In this document: positions 11,822-24,536 of the stretch, one piece after another
Position numbering within the stretch: position 1 is the first letter of the stretch
Layout of the letters: every line of letters starts with the position of its first letter
Assembly (NCBI GenBank): GCA_951406725.2
Contig: OX597824.1
Coordinates: forward strand, 10,292,001 to 10,356,000
Length of the DNA stretch: 64,000 nucleotides
Source: Octopus vulgaris
Taxonomy: Eukaryota
Reading direction: 5' to 3'
Program-made: the position numbers and the translations under genes
The notes under the pieces: generated by a model
Databases searched by the model: none
Told to the model about the DNA's origin: nothing
Seen by the model: only the letters and a program-made list of their open reading frames with translations

Positions 11822-14352
11822 ATTAGAAAGATTATCTTGAGAACAATAATGATGGTGTTACGATCACATATTCAGTGTTTCTTAGTAACTTAACTTTTCG
11901 GTACTTCAAATGCTTTCGTCTTTAAAGACTCATAAAAGAAGCGGTAGATAAACTTAACATAAGTTGTTGGATGGTGTATTTTAGGATAGATTTTGGCCCA
12001 AGGCAGACTGGTGCTTTATTTAGGAGCGTTCACATTTCTTATATCAAGAAAAAAAATAAGATGGAATATTTTTAAACAATTTAGAGAAACTCTAAGAATT
12101 GAGATATATAGTTGGACTATAATTCTCATAATTAAAAGATTTAAGTTCCAAAGAATCAACAAAAAAAGTTATGGTTCTAACATTCCAACAGTTAAAAGAG
12201 CTTTTTTTTTCTAATAATTTCTATTTTAATTATCAAACATTTTAACTATGTTTTTAACATTCAAAAGTGTTCCTGTCATATACACATGCACTCACACACA
12301 TGCATATGCACTCTCTCACACACACACACACACACTCTCTATATATGTGATACGTATACAGAGGTAGTGAATGCTATCAACTGAGGGAAATGTGTTATCT
12401 TCTGCTGCTAATAGAACTGGATATAATAACTTGTAATCTATACAAAATGGTAGCATGGTTGTGTGATGCAGTTTTAACTCAGTGGTATTCCAAGCTGAAG
12501 TTTGGAATCATTAATTTTTCATAGTATGAAAAATGAATGATTTTTTGCACTGGGTTAAAAGACTACATTAATTTGATGACTAATATTGTTTAATCATTTT
12601 GGCAAGTACAGGAGAAAACGAACAATGCTAGACTTGTTTCAGAATTATTGGGCTGTACCAATAAACTATTGCATTTCATGCAGTTGACATCAGGAAGAGA
12701 TGAAGGAGATGACTAAGGATTGAGATATTTGACATCTTGTTTTACTCATGAAGAATTGATATCTTGAAAGAGTTTTGTCTTGCAAATTACTTGGTGACCC
12801 TGTCAATGCTGGTGCCACATAAAAAGCACCAGTACTGGTGCCATGTGAAAAGCATCGGTGCTGGTGCCATGTGAAACGCATCAGTGCTAGTGCCATATGA
12901 AAAGCACAGGTGCTGGTGCCATCGAAAAGCACCGGTGCTGAAAAGCACAGGTGCTGGTGCCATCGAAAAGCACCGGTGCTGGTGCCATCGAAAAGCACCG
13001 GTGCTGGCGCCACATAAAGAGCACCCAGTACAATTTGTAAAGTGGTTTGCACTAGGAAGAGCATCCAGCCTTATAAACCATGCCAAAACCAACAATGGGG
13101 CCTGGTGCAGCCTCTGACCTTACTGGCTCCTGTCAAATTGCCCAACCTGTGCCAGCATGGAAAACAGACGTTAAATGACAATGATGATGATATTTCATAC
13201 ATAGTAACGTACAGTAATGTATATTGGACTTCATCAGCCTTCGCAATGCTTGCCAAAGAGATTCTCTGTATAGATAAATTAAGCAGAAATATGTTTGAAG
13301 TTATCTCTTGTATTGCTGAAATGATCAAAATGATATTTAGTCATCCTGCTAATATTTCTTTTCCTCATCCCTTAAATATGTTACATTATATTTTTAATGT
13401 TCATTGTGTTCCACATGTTATCTCTGCAGAGGACTTGCTGGTCAATCCCTCTGCAGAACTTACAACCTGTTTGGCATCATGGGCCAGTTGACTGCATGAC
13501 TATCAGATTATTTTTAGAGGCACTAAAGGTTGTTACAAGGCGACTATGAGGCCAGGAAGGGTTAGTGTTAACCAGGCATGAGCTGGGGCTTGATCAAGCT
13601 CAGCTGGGTTGCTTGGATGAAAGTGTCTGGTGTTGAAAGACCCAAGACATATATTGACACCAGGAAACATCGATGGTGATGTGTCCAGGTGCATCATAAG
13701 ATGATATGTGGAAAAACTTAGTACTAATTTAAATACTGTATCTATGGTGTGATGTGGAGTTGAACATCATAGGACAAACATGAACATTGTTCAGTAAAAT
13801 AGATGTTATTTGTATGATAGTTTTATAAACAGACCAGAAAATTTGAAACAGAAGGAGACAAAATTGAATGAAAGTGCATTAGTAAGAAACCCTATTACTT
13901 CTATTTTTTTTTTGTACTGCATGAACCTCAGACAAAGTGGCAACGATTTGTACTAATTGAATTAAGATTAAATGAACATTACTAAAACAGATTTCAACAT
14001 TCCCCTCCTATGACACATTTTACTATACAAACATACATGCATGTGCACACAGACGCATGTACACTCATACATTAAAAGCAGATGAGATAACGAGATAAAT
14101 TAATTGCATGCCCTGCAATTGTCTTATCTCTCTGTGAGGATGTATAATACTGCTTCTTTTTTTCTTTTTCTTTTTATCATAATTAACATTTAATTTGTTT
14201 AGTTAATTATAGTTACTCATTTGCTTTGGTTCACATGTGTGTATATATATATATATATCATCATCATCATCGTTTAACGTCCGTTTTCCATGCTAGCATG
14301 GGTTGAATGGTTCGACTGGGGTCTGGGAAGCCAGGAGGCTGCACCAAGTTCA

Positions 14353-14510
14353 TACGAGGGTTTGCTGAAAAGTTCCTGGCTTTTAGGGTATTGCAAAAGG
14401 TTTGGTTGGAGGCCCAACCTCCTGAGTTCTTTTACAGGGCTTAGAAAAACTGAAAGGACCATTGCAATAAGTGTGTGAATCTGAAAGGGGAATGTGTTGA
14501 ATAAAATCAC
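14353..14510 (+). mobile_element. Mariner-derived MITE fragment
   Basis: TA-cgagggtttgctgaaaagttcctggc TIR-like start; CNKCVNLKGECVE* remnant. Confidence 0.55.
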
Positions 14511-15226
14511 TGCTTGACAACCAATTTGTTTATGTCCCCGTAACTTAGCAGTTCGGCAAAAGAGACTGATAGAATAAGAACTAGGCTTACAAAGAATAAG
14601 TCCTGGGGTTAGTTTCTTCCACTGAAAGCAGTGCCCCAGCATGGCCGCGATCAAATGACTAAAACAAGTAAAAGAAGAAAAGAATAAATGAAACGTTTGA
14701 AAGAAAGATGGGTTGGTCATGGCTGGAACAGTTTTGATCATAGTCCTCCTGGATTAAGGCAAACCTGAGACTAAATGACATGACTTGAATCAAAAAGGTA
14801 TAGCAGCCAAATAGACCATGAATCACACTTGACTTTTCGCCCTTTAGCCTTCAGATTTCTTTGTCAAATGTAATGCTTATTTATTCCCAATTTTGAATTA
14901 ATCATGCATTATCTCATAGCTGTTGTGATTTCCATGATGTCATTGTTTATTTCTAAAATAACATTATCAGGCTGGTGTTTGAAACTGGATCTGGACTGTT
15001 TGGAAGTAAAGACTGGCAGAATATTTTTGGCTGGATGTGGCAGTTTAAATGCTAAAGGGTTTAAGTAATACACCGGGAATTGGCTCAGAAGCTTTTGAAC
15101 TTATATCAGCATCCACTCTAGTCTAACACCTTGACTGGGGGCTGTCAAAGGAGACCGTCTAGTTAATGGTCTGACCTGTTAGAAATAGCGACAAAATCTC
15201 CCTCAAATTACACTGTGCTGTCTTAA

Positions 15227-15429
15227 CCCTTTCATTACTGTATTTATTTTGAGATGCTCTGTGTTTCTTTTAATTGCTTTAAATATTACAAAGAATTTAG
15301 TAAAATAACTTAGTTAGGAACATAAATTGTGATTAAGGTTTGGTGGAAGATTTTAATTCAAAACTTATGAAAACAAGACATTTGTACTCAGTGCCGGAGC
15401 CAGTTTCAGCCGGGTTGGTAACGAAAGGG
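15227..15429. mobile_element. TTAA-flanked MITE (piggyBac-like termini)
   Basis: ttaa|ccctttcattac...gtaacgaaaggg|ttaa; further copies at 8850-9064 and 9093-9315. Confidence 0.8.
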
Positions 15430-17394
15430 TTAAAAAAGAGGACTTAGATTATGCAGTCAGATAAACTCTATCTCAAAAGACAGAATGGTCAATGGCTTGC
15501 CTGTCTTTGATCTTGGTCTACTTGACTAGGTCTGGCCTGAGGTTAATCAATATCAACAACTAGATTTTGCAACCACTGTTTCTATGGAAATATATTTATT
15601 ATTTTTTCTAGCATATCACAGAAACATAATTTTATACTACATATATTAATTATATCTGTCTGTCTATTATTATTATTAAATTTCCTCAAATATCATCTGT
15701 TTCCAATATTTACTTTAACCATGTGTATACACATGTATGTGTGCTACTGAGATATTAAACAAAAAAACCAGACTAATTAAGTGCATTAATATGATCCATC
15801 ATTATTCTAAAAAGATGTTTTTCTATAGCATTTTTATTGTTTCTTTTTAACTGCTTCTAACATCCACTTACAGCAAAGGTCCATCCATTATGATTGGTTT
15901 TTATTAAATGTAGTATTACGTGGAAATGGAAAGCCTTGAGAGAAATATGCCTGGGATAAAGATGTGTGCTATGAATCATCATTCACAATCACTGTTTCGG
16001 TTTCTCCTGTGCTCTCGAGTACATTGCGCAGCAAGTTGGACATCACTGGTTTCTGTTGGCTTGTGGTTTTTCTCTGTATCTGGCCGAGCTGGCAGAAACG
16101 TTAGCACACTGGGCGAAATGCGTAGCCGTATTTCGTCTGCTGTTACGTTCTGAGTTCAAATTCTGCCGAGGTCGACTTTGCCTTTCATCCTTTCGGGGTC
16201 GATTAAATAAGTACCAGTTACGTACTGGGGTCGATATAATCGACTTAATACCTATGTCTGTCCTTGTTTGTCCTCTCTGTGTTTAGCCCTTTCTGGGTAA
16301 TAAAGAAATAGGTATTTCATCTGCCGCTGCGTTCTGAGTTCAAATTCTGCCAAGGTTGACTTTGCTTTTCATCCTTTCGAGGTTGATTAAATAAGTACCA
16401 GTTATGCATTGGGGTCGAAGTAATTGACTTAATCCGTGTGTCTGTGCTTGTTTGTCCCCTCTGTGTTTAGTCCCCTGTGGGTAGTAAAGAAATAGGTATT
16501 TCATCTGTCTTTATATTCTGAGTTCAAATTCTGCCAAGGTCAACTGTGCCTTACATCCTTTCGGGATCGATAAATTAAATGCCAGTTGCGTACTGGGGAT
16601 CAATCTGATCCACCGTCCCCACCCTCCAAAAATCTCAGGCCTTGTGCCTAGAGTGGAAAAGAATATTGGCCTGTCATATCAGTTATGAATGTTTTGTACC
16701 ATTAGTTTTCGATCTTCCTCTAGTTCTTTTCCTCTCCAGTGCTGTCCATTTGAAAGCTGTTTTACAAGGGCATTGTCCAGGTAGCTGGAGTATGTAACCT
16801 GGTGATATACATCCTATATCTGTCCTGTATGTGTCTACAACCATTGTCTTCATCATCGCTTAACGTCCGTTCTCCATGCTGGCATGGGTTGGACGGTTCG
16901 ACTGGGGTCTGGGAAGCCAGAAGGCTGCACCAGGCTCCAGTCTGATCTGGCAGTGTTTCTACAGCTGGATGCCCTTCCTAACACCAACCACTCCGAGAGT
17001 GTAGTGGGTGCTTTTTATGTGCCACCGGCACAGGTGCCAGGCGAGGCTGGCAACGGCCACGATTGGATTGGTGCTTTTTACGTGCCACCAGCACGGAAGC
17101 CAGTCAAGGCGGCACTGGCATCGGCCACATTCGGATGGTGCTTTTTACGGATCTCTTTATGCTCTTTTGAATTTTCTGATTTTCATTTCTTTTTTCCATA
17201 AATTCATCCTACCCATTCTCTTTTTACCTTTTCACTCTTTCATCATAATAATGTCTCATTTCAGATTCTTCTTTGCTAAATTCTTTCTTACTCTTACATC
17301 CTTTTCAATCACCAAATTGCAATAATTCACAGCAAATATCACCAACTTTCACTAATTTCTCTCGGTTATCTCTGATCTCAAATCTTGAAGGATG

Positions 17395-17825
17395 TCATCA
17401 TCATCATTGTTCGACCGTGGTCGAGACAATGGAATTTACCATGCTACGCCAGACTTCACGGTCCATCATAGCATTACGGAGGTCCTGTTGCTGGATGCCT
17501 GTATACCTAGAGATTACATCAGGGTAGGAGAGTGTGCACCCTCTGGTATTGCGAGTAGATGGCTTCCAGAGGAGAAGAGTAGAAATTGCCTCGTTTTCAG
17601 CTCTACAACAATGTCCAGCAAACTGGACTCTTCTACCTTTCACAAGAGATGATACAGGTGGTAGTTTCCCCATATATTTGCATTTTGGTTGGATGACGCT
17701 TCCACAAGAGATTTTGAGCTCTCATAAGGAGGCGAGTGTAGGTTCCATCCAACCGCCTCTCAAGCTTCTTTGATAACGTCCAGGTTTCTGAGCCATATAG
17801 TAGAATTGGTTCGACTGTGGCTGTT
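17395..17825 (-). mobile_element. RTE-clade LINE 3' end
   Basis: Minus: VEPILLYGSETWTLSKKLERRLDGTYTRLLMRAQ...QFAGHCCRAENE...DREVWRSMV, followed by a (TGA)n tail. Confidence 0.88.
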
Positions 17826-18520
17826 GAAGCATGTAGAAGAGATATATGGACTGTCTCTCAACAGTGGTGTTTGTACAACAGCCGGGGACAATGTCCTTCT
17901 TCCAATCTAATGAATAAACAATACTATACTGGCATTAATCATCTATGATAAAGTATTTAAATGTAGATACACTTGCCAGATCACGTACACATTCATGTGA
18001 CCATTTACATAAATACCCTCATGTGACCATGCACAGACATTCATGAAAATAACCATGCATACAAATATTCATGTGAGCTCACAAACACAAACACACACAC
18101 ACACACTTTTTTGCTCATGTGAGTGCTTACACATATACTTACGTCAGCTAATAGATGAATATTCACATGAGTTAATACACACAGACATGTATGCATCCTA
18201 ATGAGAATTAATGCATACGTTAATTCGTATATGCACATTCTCACTAAAATACAAACATATTCACACATTTTCCCAATAAACTGTAGAAAAAAACCCATTT
18301 TAGCATGTCTACATTTTATTCTATTGTGGTGTGTATTCATTTATTTATGCCTTCATTATACTTTTGTTGTATACCGTGCTATTGTATTGGATTGACCTAA
18401 AATTCTGTTCGGTTTTTATCAACAGTAAACTTGAAGCACTCGAATAAGTAGCTAACTTCAGTCTGTCCCTTTTGCATCAATGTAGTTTGGCATGAACTTG
18501 CAAAGAGGCAGGTTGTATCT

Positions 18521-18521
<1 letters not shown>

Positions 18522-18554
<33 letters not shown>

Positions 18555-18705
18555 AATTGTTGTATACAGTGCTCAGGTGCACCACAACTTGTCAAAAGTG
18601 CGTATAAAGCATATGCAGTAATGTACAGATGTCTGGAAAGCGAACAGTGTATGAGTCAGATTCATGCTTGCATATGTTTGGAGGGGAGAAAATCAGGTGT
18701 AGTGT
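18522..18705 (-). mobile_element. CR1 LINE 3' UTR copy
   Basis: Reverse complement of 46965-47141 including the (AAT)n tail; an older copy lies at about 3115-3290. Confidence 0.8.
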
Positions 18706-18849
18706 AAAAAATACTTGGAATCTTCCCGAAAATAGAGAAACACAAACATTATCAACACCTCATGCCCTTTTATTTAAAAAAAAAAAAAACAGAAAGAAAG
18801 TGTTAGAAACTTACAGGAAGATATTTGCTGTTTAATGGAGGGGATGCTG

Positions 18850-18985
18850 TTATAGAAAGTGTGTGCCAGAAGTGATTTTCAAGATTTCTTTTGAGAAATT
18901 TTTTGGTTCAAGATGCACCTCCCTCTGGCCAACCAACTGAGATAAACAGTGACAAAATGAAGCAGTTAGTTGCCACCAACCTCTA
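18850..18985 (+). mobile_element. Mariner transposase N-terminal relic
   Basis: VQDAPPSGQPTEINSDKMKQLVATN resembles mariner D.PRSGRP.....DKIK. Confidence 0.55.
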
Positions 18986-19834
18986 ATCATGCTATAGTTA
19001 CAGTTTATTCTATGATTTAATCAATGAATTAATGGCAGAAAAGGCTTTGGAAATGACAACCAGAGTGAGATATCCATTTTTTTCTGTACACAGAAGTGAT
19101 ATGTCTGGCTTTGATCCATCTATTTTTCCATCAAGTAATTTGGATAAAATATCTGAAGAATGGTTGAACACTGTTATTGGTCATGAAACTGAACCTTCTA
19201 CTAGTGTTGTTGGTGCAAAAATATCTTTAGGACTTGGTGTGAAACCTGTTAAGTGTTTTGTTTGACTTTTTCTGTTAAGTTTTGATTGGTTCAATCAAAC
19301 AACAAACTAAATTGAATGCAGAACAAAACAACAGTCAACTTTATTATTCCTGCACACCTGGGTTTGTTGTTTCTGATTAAATTAAGTTTTCCTGTAAATC
19401 TCAAAATGAATAAACTTCAAATAATCATGGCACCTTGGGCAAGTATCTTCTACTGTAGCCTCAGGCTGACCAAGAAGAAGAATTTAAATGATTACATACA
19501 GAGGACACACACACACAAATAGATAATGATTATTATCAACAGAATGGTTTATCTGTCTGATCATCTCTTTGATTTGTACAGAGCATGTGCAGAACCAAAA
19601 CTGAGTAGGGAGTCGCATCAGTACAGTAGATTTTGAAGCAAAACTGTTTATCTCAATCTTCTCATCCATTCAGATCTCTTCCTGCTGTTCACAGCTGAAA
19701 CAGCTTAAAATACAAAGCACACATACACACTTACATATATAGAATATGATATTAATCCTTGTAATCATCCATCTGAGATCTAGCAAACACTATCACATTA
19801 TATGACAAATTAAAAAAAAAATAATTGTAAGAAA

Positions 19835-20075
19835 ACAATTGCAGCGTGGAAGAAACACACAAAAACCATTAGATTCACTTCAACATTTAAATTTAATTTG
19901 TCAAAATATTTTCATCGCTTTGATACCGCAGCCTGTTCACTGACAAAATTCCGTGCTGGATCTAACGGTTTTTGTGTGTTTCTTAAATGGCTTATAAACA
20001 CGTTCCACGCTGCAATTGTTTTCGTTCCAGCACACGATCTCAAATCGGGTCACTTGCTATGCAAGTACATCTCCG
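19835..20075. mobile_element. Fold-back Penelope-like short element with 13-bp target-site duplication
   Basis: taattgtaagaaa at 19822-19834 and 20076-20088; inverted blocks caattgcagcgtggaa / ttccacgctgcaattg and gaaacacacaaaaacc / ggtttttgtgtgtttc. Confidence 0.7.
19897..19947 (-). ncRNA. Minimal hammerhead-like motif, G3-C8 variant
   Basis: Minus strand: tttgtca GTGAACA g gctgc-ggtatcaaa-gcgat GAA AATATT T tgacaaa; perfect 7-bp stem I, palindromic AATATT, partly decayed stem II. Confidence 0.55.
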
Positions 20076-22689
20076 TAATTGTAAGAAAGAATAGCAGATA
20101 AAGAGAGGTGCAGATGAGGACATATGCACAATAGATGTACTCAGAGGCATTAGCATACAAATGATTATTTTGACAAAATTAAGCATAGAACCTTGGTGTC
20201 TACAACCAGACACTTGCTCAAGGTACAACACAATGGAAACTGAACCCGAGCCCATGTGACTTCAAAGTGAGCACTTTAAGCACACAACAATGCTGTGAAA
20301 AATGACCACTAATCTATAAGTGGAAGTTTCATGTTGACAAAACCAATCTGAGATGAAATTCAGCTGTAGAAACCATGCCAATACAGGCATGGAGTCTGGG
20401 CAGGTCTTCAGCTGGCCAGCCTTTGTCAAACCCATGCCAGCATGGAAAATGGATGTTAAATGAAGATGATGATGATGATTTCAAATTACAGACCAGCAGT
20501 TATCTTCAACTGCTACGTTATAAGTATATGCAGGATTGGCTGCGTGGTAAGTAGCTTGCTTACCAACCACATGATTCTGGGTTCATTGCCACTGCATGGC
20601 ACCTTGGGCAAGTGTCTTCTACTATAGCCTCAGGCCGACCAAAGCCTTGTGAGTGGATATGGCAGATGGAAACTGAAAGAAGCCCGTCGTATTTATGTAT
20701 GTGTATATATAAATATATGTGTGTGTGTGTGTGTGTGCATGTTTATGTGTTTGTGTTTGTCCCCCCCCGACATCGCTTGACAACCAATGCTGATGTGTTT
20801 ATGTCCCCGTAAGTGGTTTGGTAAAAGAGACCGATAGAATAAATACTAGGCTTCCAAAGAATAAGTCCTGGGGTCGATTTGCTCGACTAAAGGCTGTGCT
20901 CCAGCATGGCCACAGTCAAAGGACTGAAACAAATAAAAGAGCATGTTTTATATAAATACATACATATTTATATTAGGGTATATCTGTGTGTGTATGTATG
21001 TATGTATATCTACCAATCTCATAGATGTACATCTTTCATCTTTTACTCATTTAGCTCATTGAACTGTGCCCATACTGGGGCACCCTCTTGAAGTGTTTTG
21101 TTAAACAAGCACTTATTGTTAAGTCTGGTACTTATCCTATCAGTCTCTTTTGACAAAATGCTAAGTCAAGGGGAAATAAACAAACCAACATCAGTTGCTA
21201 GGTGGTAGTGGGAGACAAATACAAACACACACACACACACACACACACATGGCAGGCTTCCACACAGTTAGAAATTCACTCACAAGGCATTGGTTGGCCC
21301 ATGGCTGTAGTAGAAAACACTTGCCCAAGGTACCTTGAATGGTATGGATGCAAAGTGAGCTTCTTAAACATACACCCATACCTATAGACACATATTTGCC
21401 TGTGTGTGTGTCTGTGCAGTTCAACAATTTTATTAAACACTAATAACTTATTTTCGATGCATGTTTGATGAATATGCAACAGTGATATTTTAATGCTGTG
21501 CCTGTCTGTTGTCTTTTGGGTGTTGTCATCTGTTTAAATAATATTGCTGTGTTAACCAGCTTCCTACAGAAAGTTGTCGTTTTACCTTTTGACATTTAAA
21601 CCAACCACATCCAGCCTGCATATACCACTTGCTTTATGTCCCAACCAGTCAAATCCTGCCCATCACACCTACCCTTCAATGCCATCCTAAAAATATGCTA
21701 TCACACCATCAAAATTTCAAAGCTTTCAGATAATATATGATTAATTAAAAATGTGAATGAAACAGCATTACATTTGCCAGAATAATCTGAATGCTAAAAG
21801 GTTAACTATTCTAAAGAATTTCTATATATTAACAAAAGAAGTTCATTCATGTGTAGTATTTTTGTTTATCTAAGATTCACACAGGATAAGGTCAACGTTC
21901 TCTCATTGACACATAATGTGTTAGTAAAATGAACCTCACGCAGAACATGATTTAACATATTTAATACTTTAGTCTAGCCATAAAGTGTAAATGGGCCTGT
22001 GTTGACCTAGCTGTTAAACTTATAACACCTACACATCTTCCCACACACGGAGAATGTTAAAGATCTGGCTGCTAAAAAAATAGCTGCCATATCTTACTCA
22101 GATCTCATCTTACTACCTTTAAACACTGGATTGGCTCCTGTACAAGTGGTACGTAAAAAGCACCATTTGAGCGTGGCCAGTGCCAGTACTGCCTAACTGG
22201 ACCTCGTGCCGGTGGCACATAAAAGCACCCACTATGCTCTCGGAGTGGTTGGCGTTAGGAAGGGCATCCAGCTGTAGAAACTCTGCCAGATCAGACTGGA
22301 GCCTGGAGCAGCCTTCTGGTTCGCCAGTCCTCAATCAAACCGTCCAACCCAGTTTAACATGGAAAGCAGATGTTAAACTGCATTGATGATGATGATGACA
22401 CAATGGATGATGTGATCCTATGTATAAATCTCTCTCTTTTTCTCTCTCTTTTTTTTCTCTCTCTCTTTTCTCTCTGTTTATGTTTCAGTGCATGTGTGAT
22501 GTATCTGTCCCTTTCTCTTTTGCTCTATTTATATATTTCTGGGTGCAGATGCACATATGTGTTTGTGTGTGTGTCCAGCATCAAAATGTAATGTCGCCAA
22601 AACAAGTTGAATGTCCAGTCAGCCATGCCAAATCATCAGCATCCCAACAGCAATGCCCTGTTGTCTCATTCCAGTAACTAAGAGTTCAG

Positions 22690-22880
22690 ATCCCTTACAA
22701 CTGAGCCATGCATTTTCTACGATTTAGAGAGGGTTTAGTACAAATGTTCTTCCACGACATGTGAAGTGATTATGTATTTCCCCTGTAGAAGGAGATAAGA
22801 TTGTCTTGTCCCCATCGAAGAATATTATCAGCAAGGTCTCTGTCTATGGACTCAGTGCATAGATGATGTCTGATTATGAA
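22690..22880 (-). mobile_element. Decayed LINE reverse transcriptase fragment (CR1/Jockey-like)
   Basis: Minus: CTESIDRDLADNILRWGQDNLISFYRGNT*SLHMSWK resembles the DL..I..WG..NL..FN..KT segment after the RT palm. Confidence 0.55.
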
Positions 22881-24315
22881 AAGAACCACTGATGTGTAAC
22901 CTATGACCTATGAAAATATGTCCTTGATAGACCAGGTTTTGCAGAAACTAAATTGAATGTATGTATGCATTCACACATTCATACATATTCATTACCTATG
23001 ATGACCTAACTATAATATTTTGTCATGTAATTGTGGTTTATCCGATAATGTCACAAGGTTTGTTACTTGACTTCAACTGACCTGAATTTCAATTGTTTTC
23101 CAAACCACATAATGTTGTGTTCAGTCTCGTTGTGTGGGACCTTGGGTAAGTGTCTTTTACTATGGCCCTGAGCTGACCACTGACCAAAGCCTTGTGAATC
23201 ATCATGTCATCGTTTAACATCCATCTTCCATGCTAGCGTGGGTTGGATGGTTCAGCTGGGGTCTGGGAGGCCTGAAGGCTGCACCAGGCTCCAGTCTGGT
23301 TTGGCACTGTTTCTACAGCTGGATGCCCTTCCTAACCCCAACCACTCCGTGAGTGTTGTGGGTGCTTTTTACGTGCCAGACGAGGCTGGCAAACAGCCAC
23401 AATCGGATGGTGCTTTTTACATCCCACTGGCACAGAGGCCAGTCGGGGCGGCACTGGCAGCGGCCACGTTCGGATGGTTCTCTTACATGCCACCGGCACT
23501 GGTATCACAGCTACAAATTCCATTGATGTTGATCGATTATGATTTCGATTTTCACTTGCCTCAACAGGTCTTCACAAGTAGAGTTTTGTGTCCCAAGAAG
23601 GAAAGGTATGCATAAGTGGACTGGCTACATCCCAGGTAGAGGCCACGGGTTATGGTCTCACTTGTCCTGCCGGGTCTTCTCACGCACAGCATACTTCCAA
23701 AGGTCTCGGTCTCTGGATTTGGTAAACAAAAACTGAAGGGAGCCCTTCATGTGTCTACTTGTGTGTTACTGTTTCTTTGCCTTCAACTCACTTGATAACT
23801 GTATGCACATGTCATTATCATACAAGCAGTGGCCTTCATTTCTAATCTTCTGTAAAACCATGTCAGGTTATGGAAAAAATATTGCTCTACATGAGAACAG
23901 ATGAGGGTTGACAACAGGAAGGGCATCTGGCTATAGAAATTCCACCTTCCCAAATTCTGTCTAACCCATGTGAGCATAGAAAAATAGACGTTAAAACAAT
24001 GATGATTATGGTAACCTTATCCTTAATTACCTATTTCTTTACTACCCACAAGAGGCTGAACACAGAGGGGACAAACAAGGACAGACACACGGATTAAGTC
24101 GATTATATCGACCCCAGTGCCTAACTGGTACTTATTTAATCGACCCCGAAAGGATGAAAGGCAAAGTCGACCTCAGCAGAATTTGAACTCTCAATGTAGC
24201 GACAGACGAAATACGGCTGCGCCCACTTTGCCACATTAGCCCGGTTTGCTAACGTTTCTGCCATCTCGCTGCCATAACTTAATCCTTATTTACCACAAGT
24301 TGATTCTTCACTTAA

Positions 24316-24536
24316 CCCTTTAGTGTTCAGATTACTCTGTTAAATGTAATGCTTTTTCACTCAAATTGTTTTGAATTAATCAAGCATTAACTTATAGCTT
24401 TGAGGTTTCAATGATGTGATTGCTTATTTTTAGACTGTCACAGTAGGTTAGGTGTGAGAGGCTAGATATGGCCACTTTGAATATAAAGTATGTAGAATAT
24501 TTTGGGCCGGATATGGCCAGTTTAAACACTAAAGAG
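24316..24536. mobile_element. Second TTAA MITE family
   Basis: ccctttagtgttca...taaacactaaagag|ttaa; inverted copy at 33316-33535, decayed copies near 14840-15060 and 21585-21802. Confidence 0.7.

Noticed and set aside
13429-13560. Possible cassette exon (ctctgcag...gttagt)
   Set aside because: In-frame stop, no family similarity, weak donor.
19010-19295. Selenoprotein reading of the minus-strand frame with an in-frame TGA
   Set aside because: No recognisable selenoprotein motif or SECIS element; kept only as an unexplained ORF.
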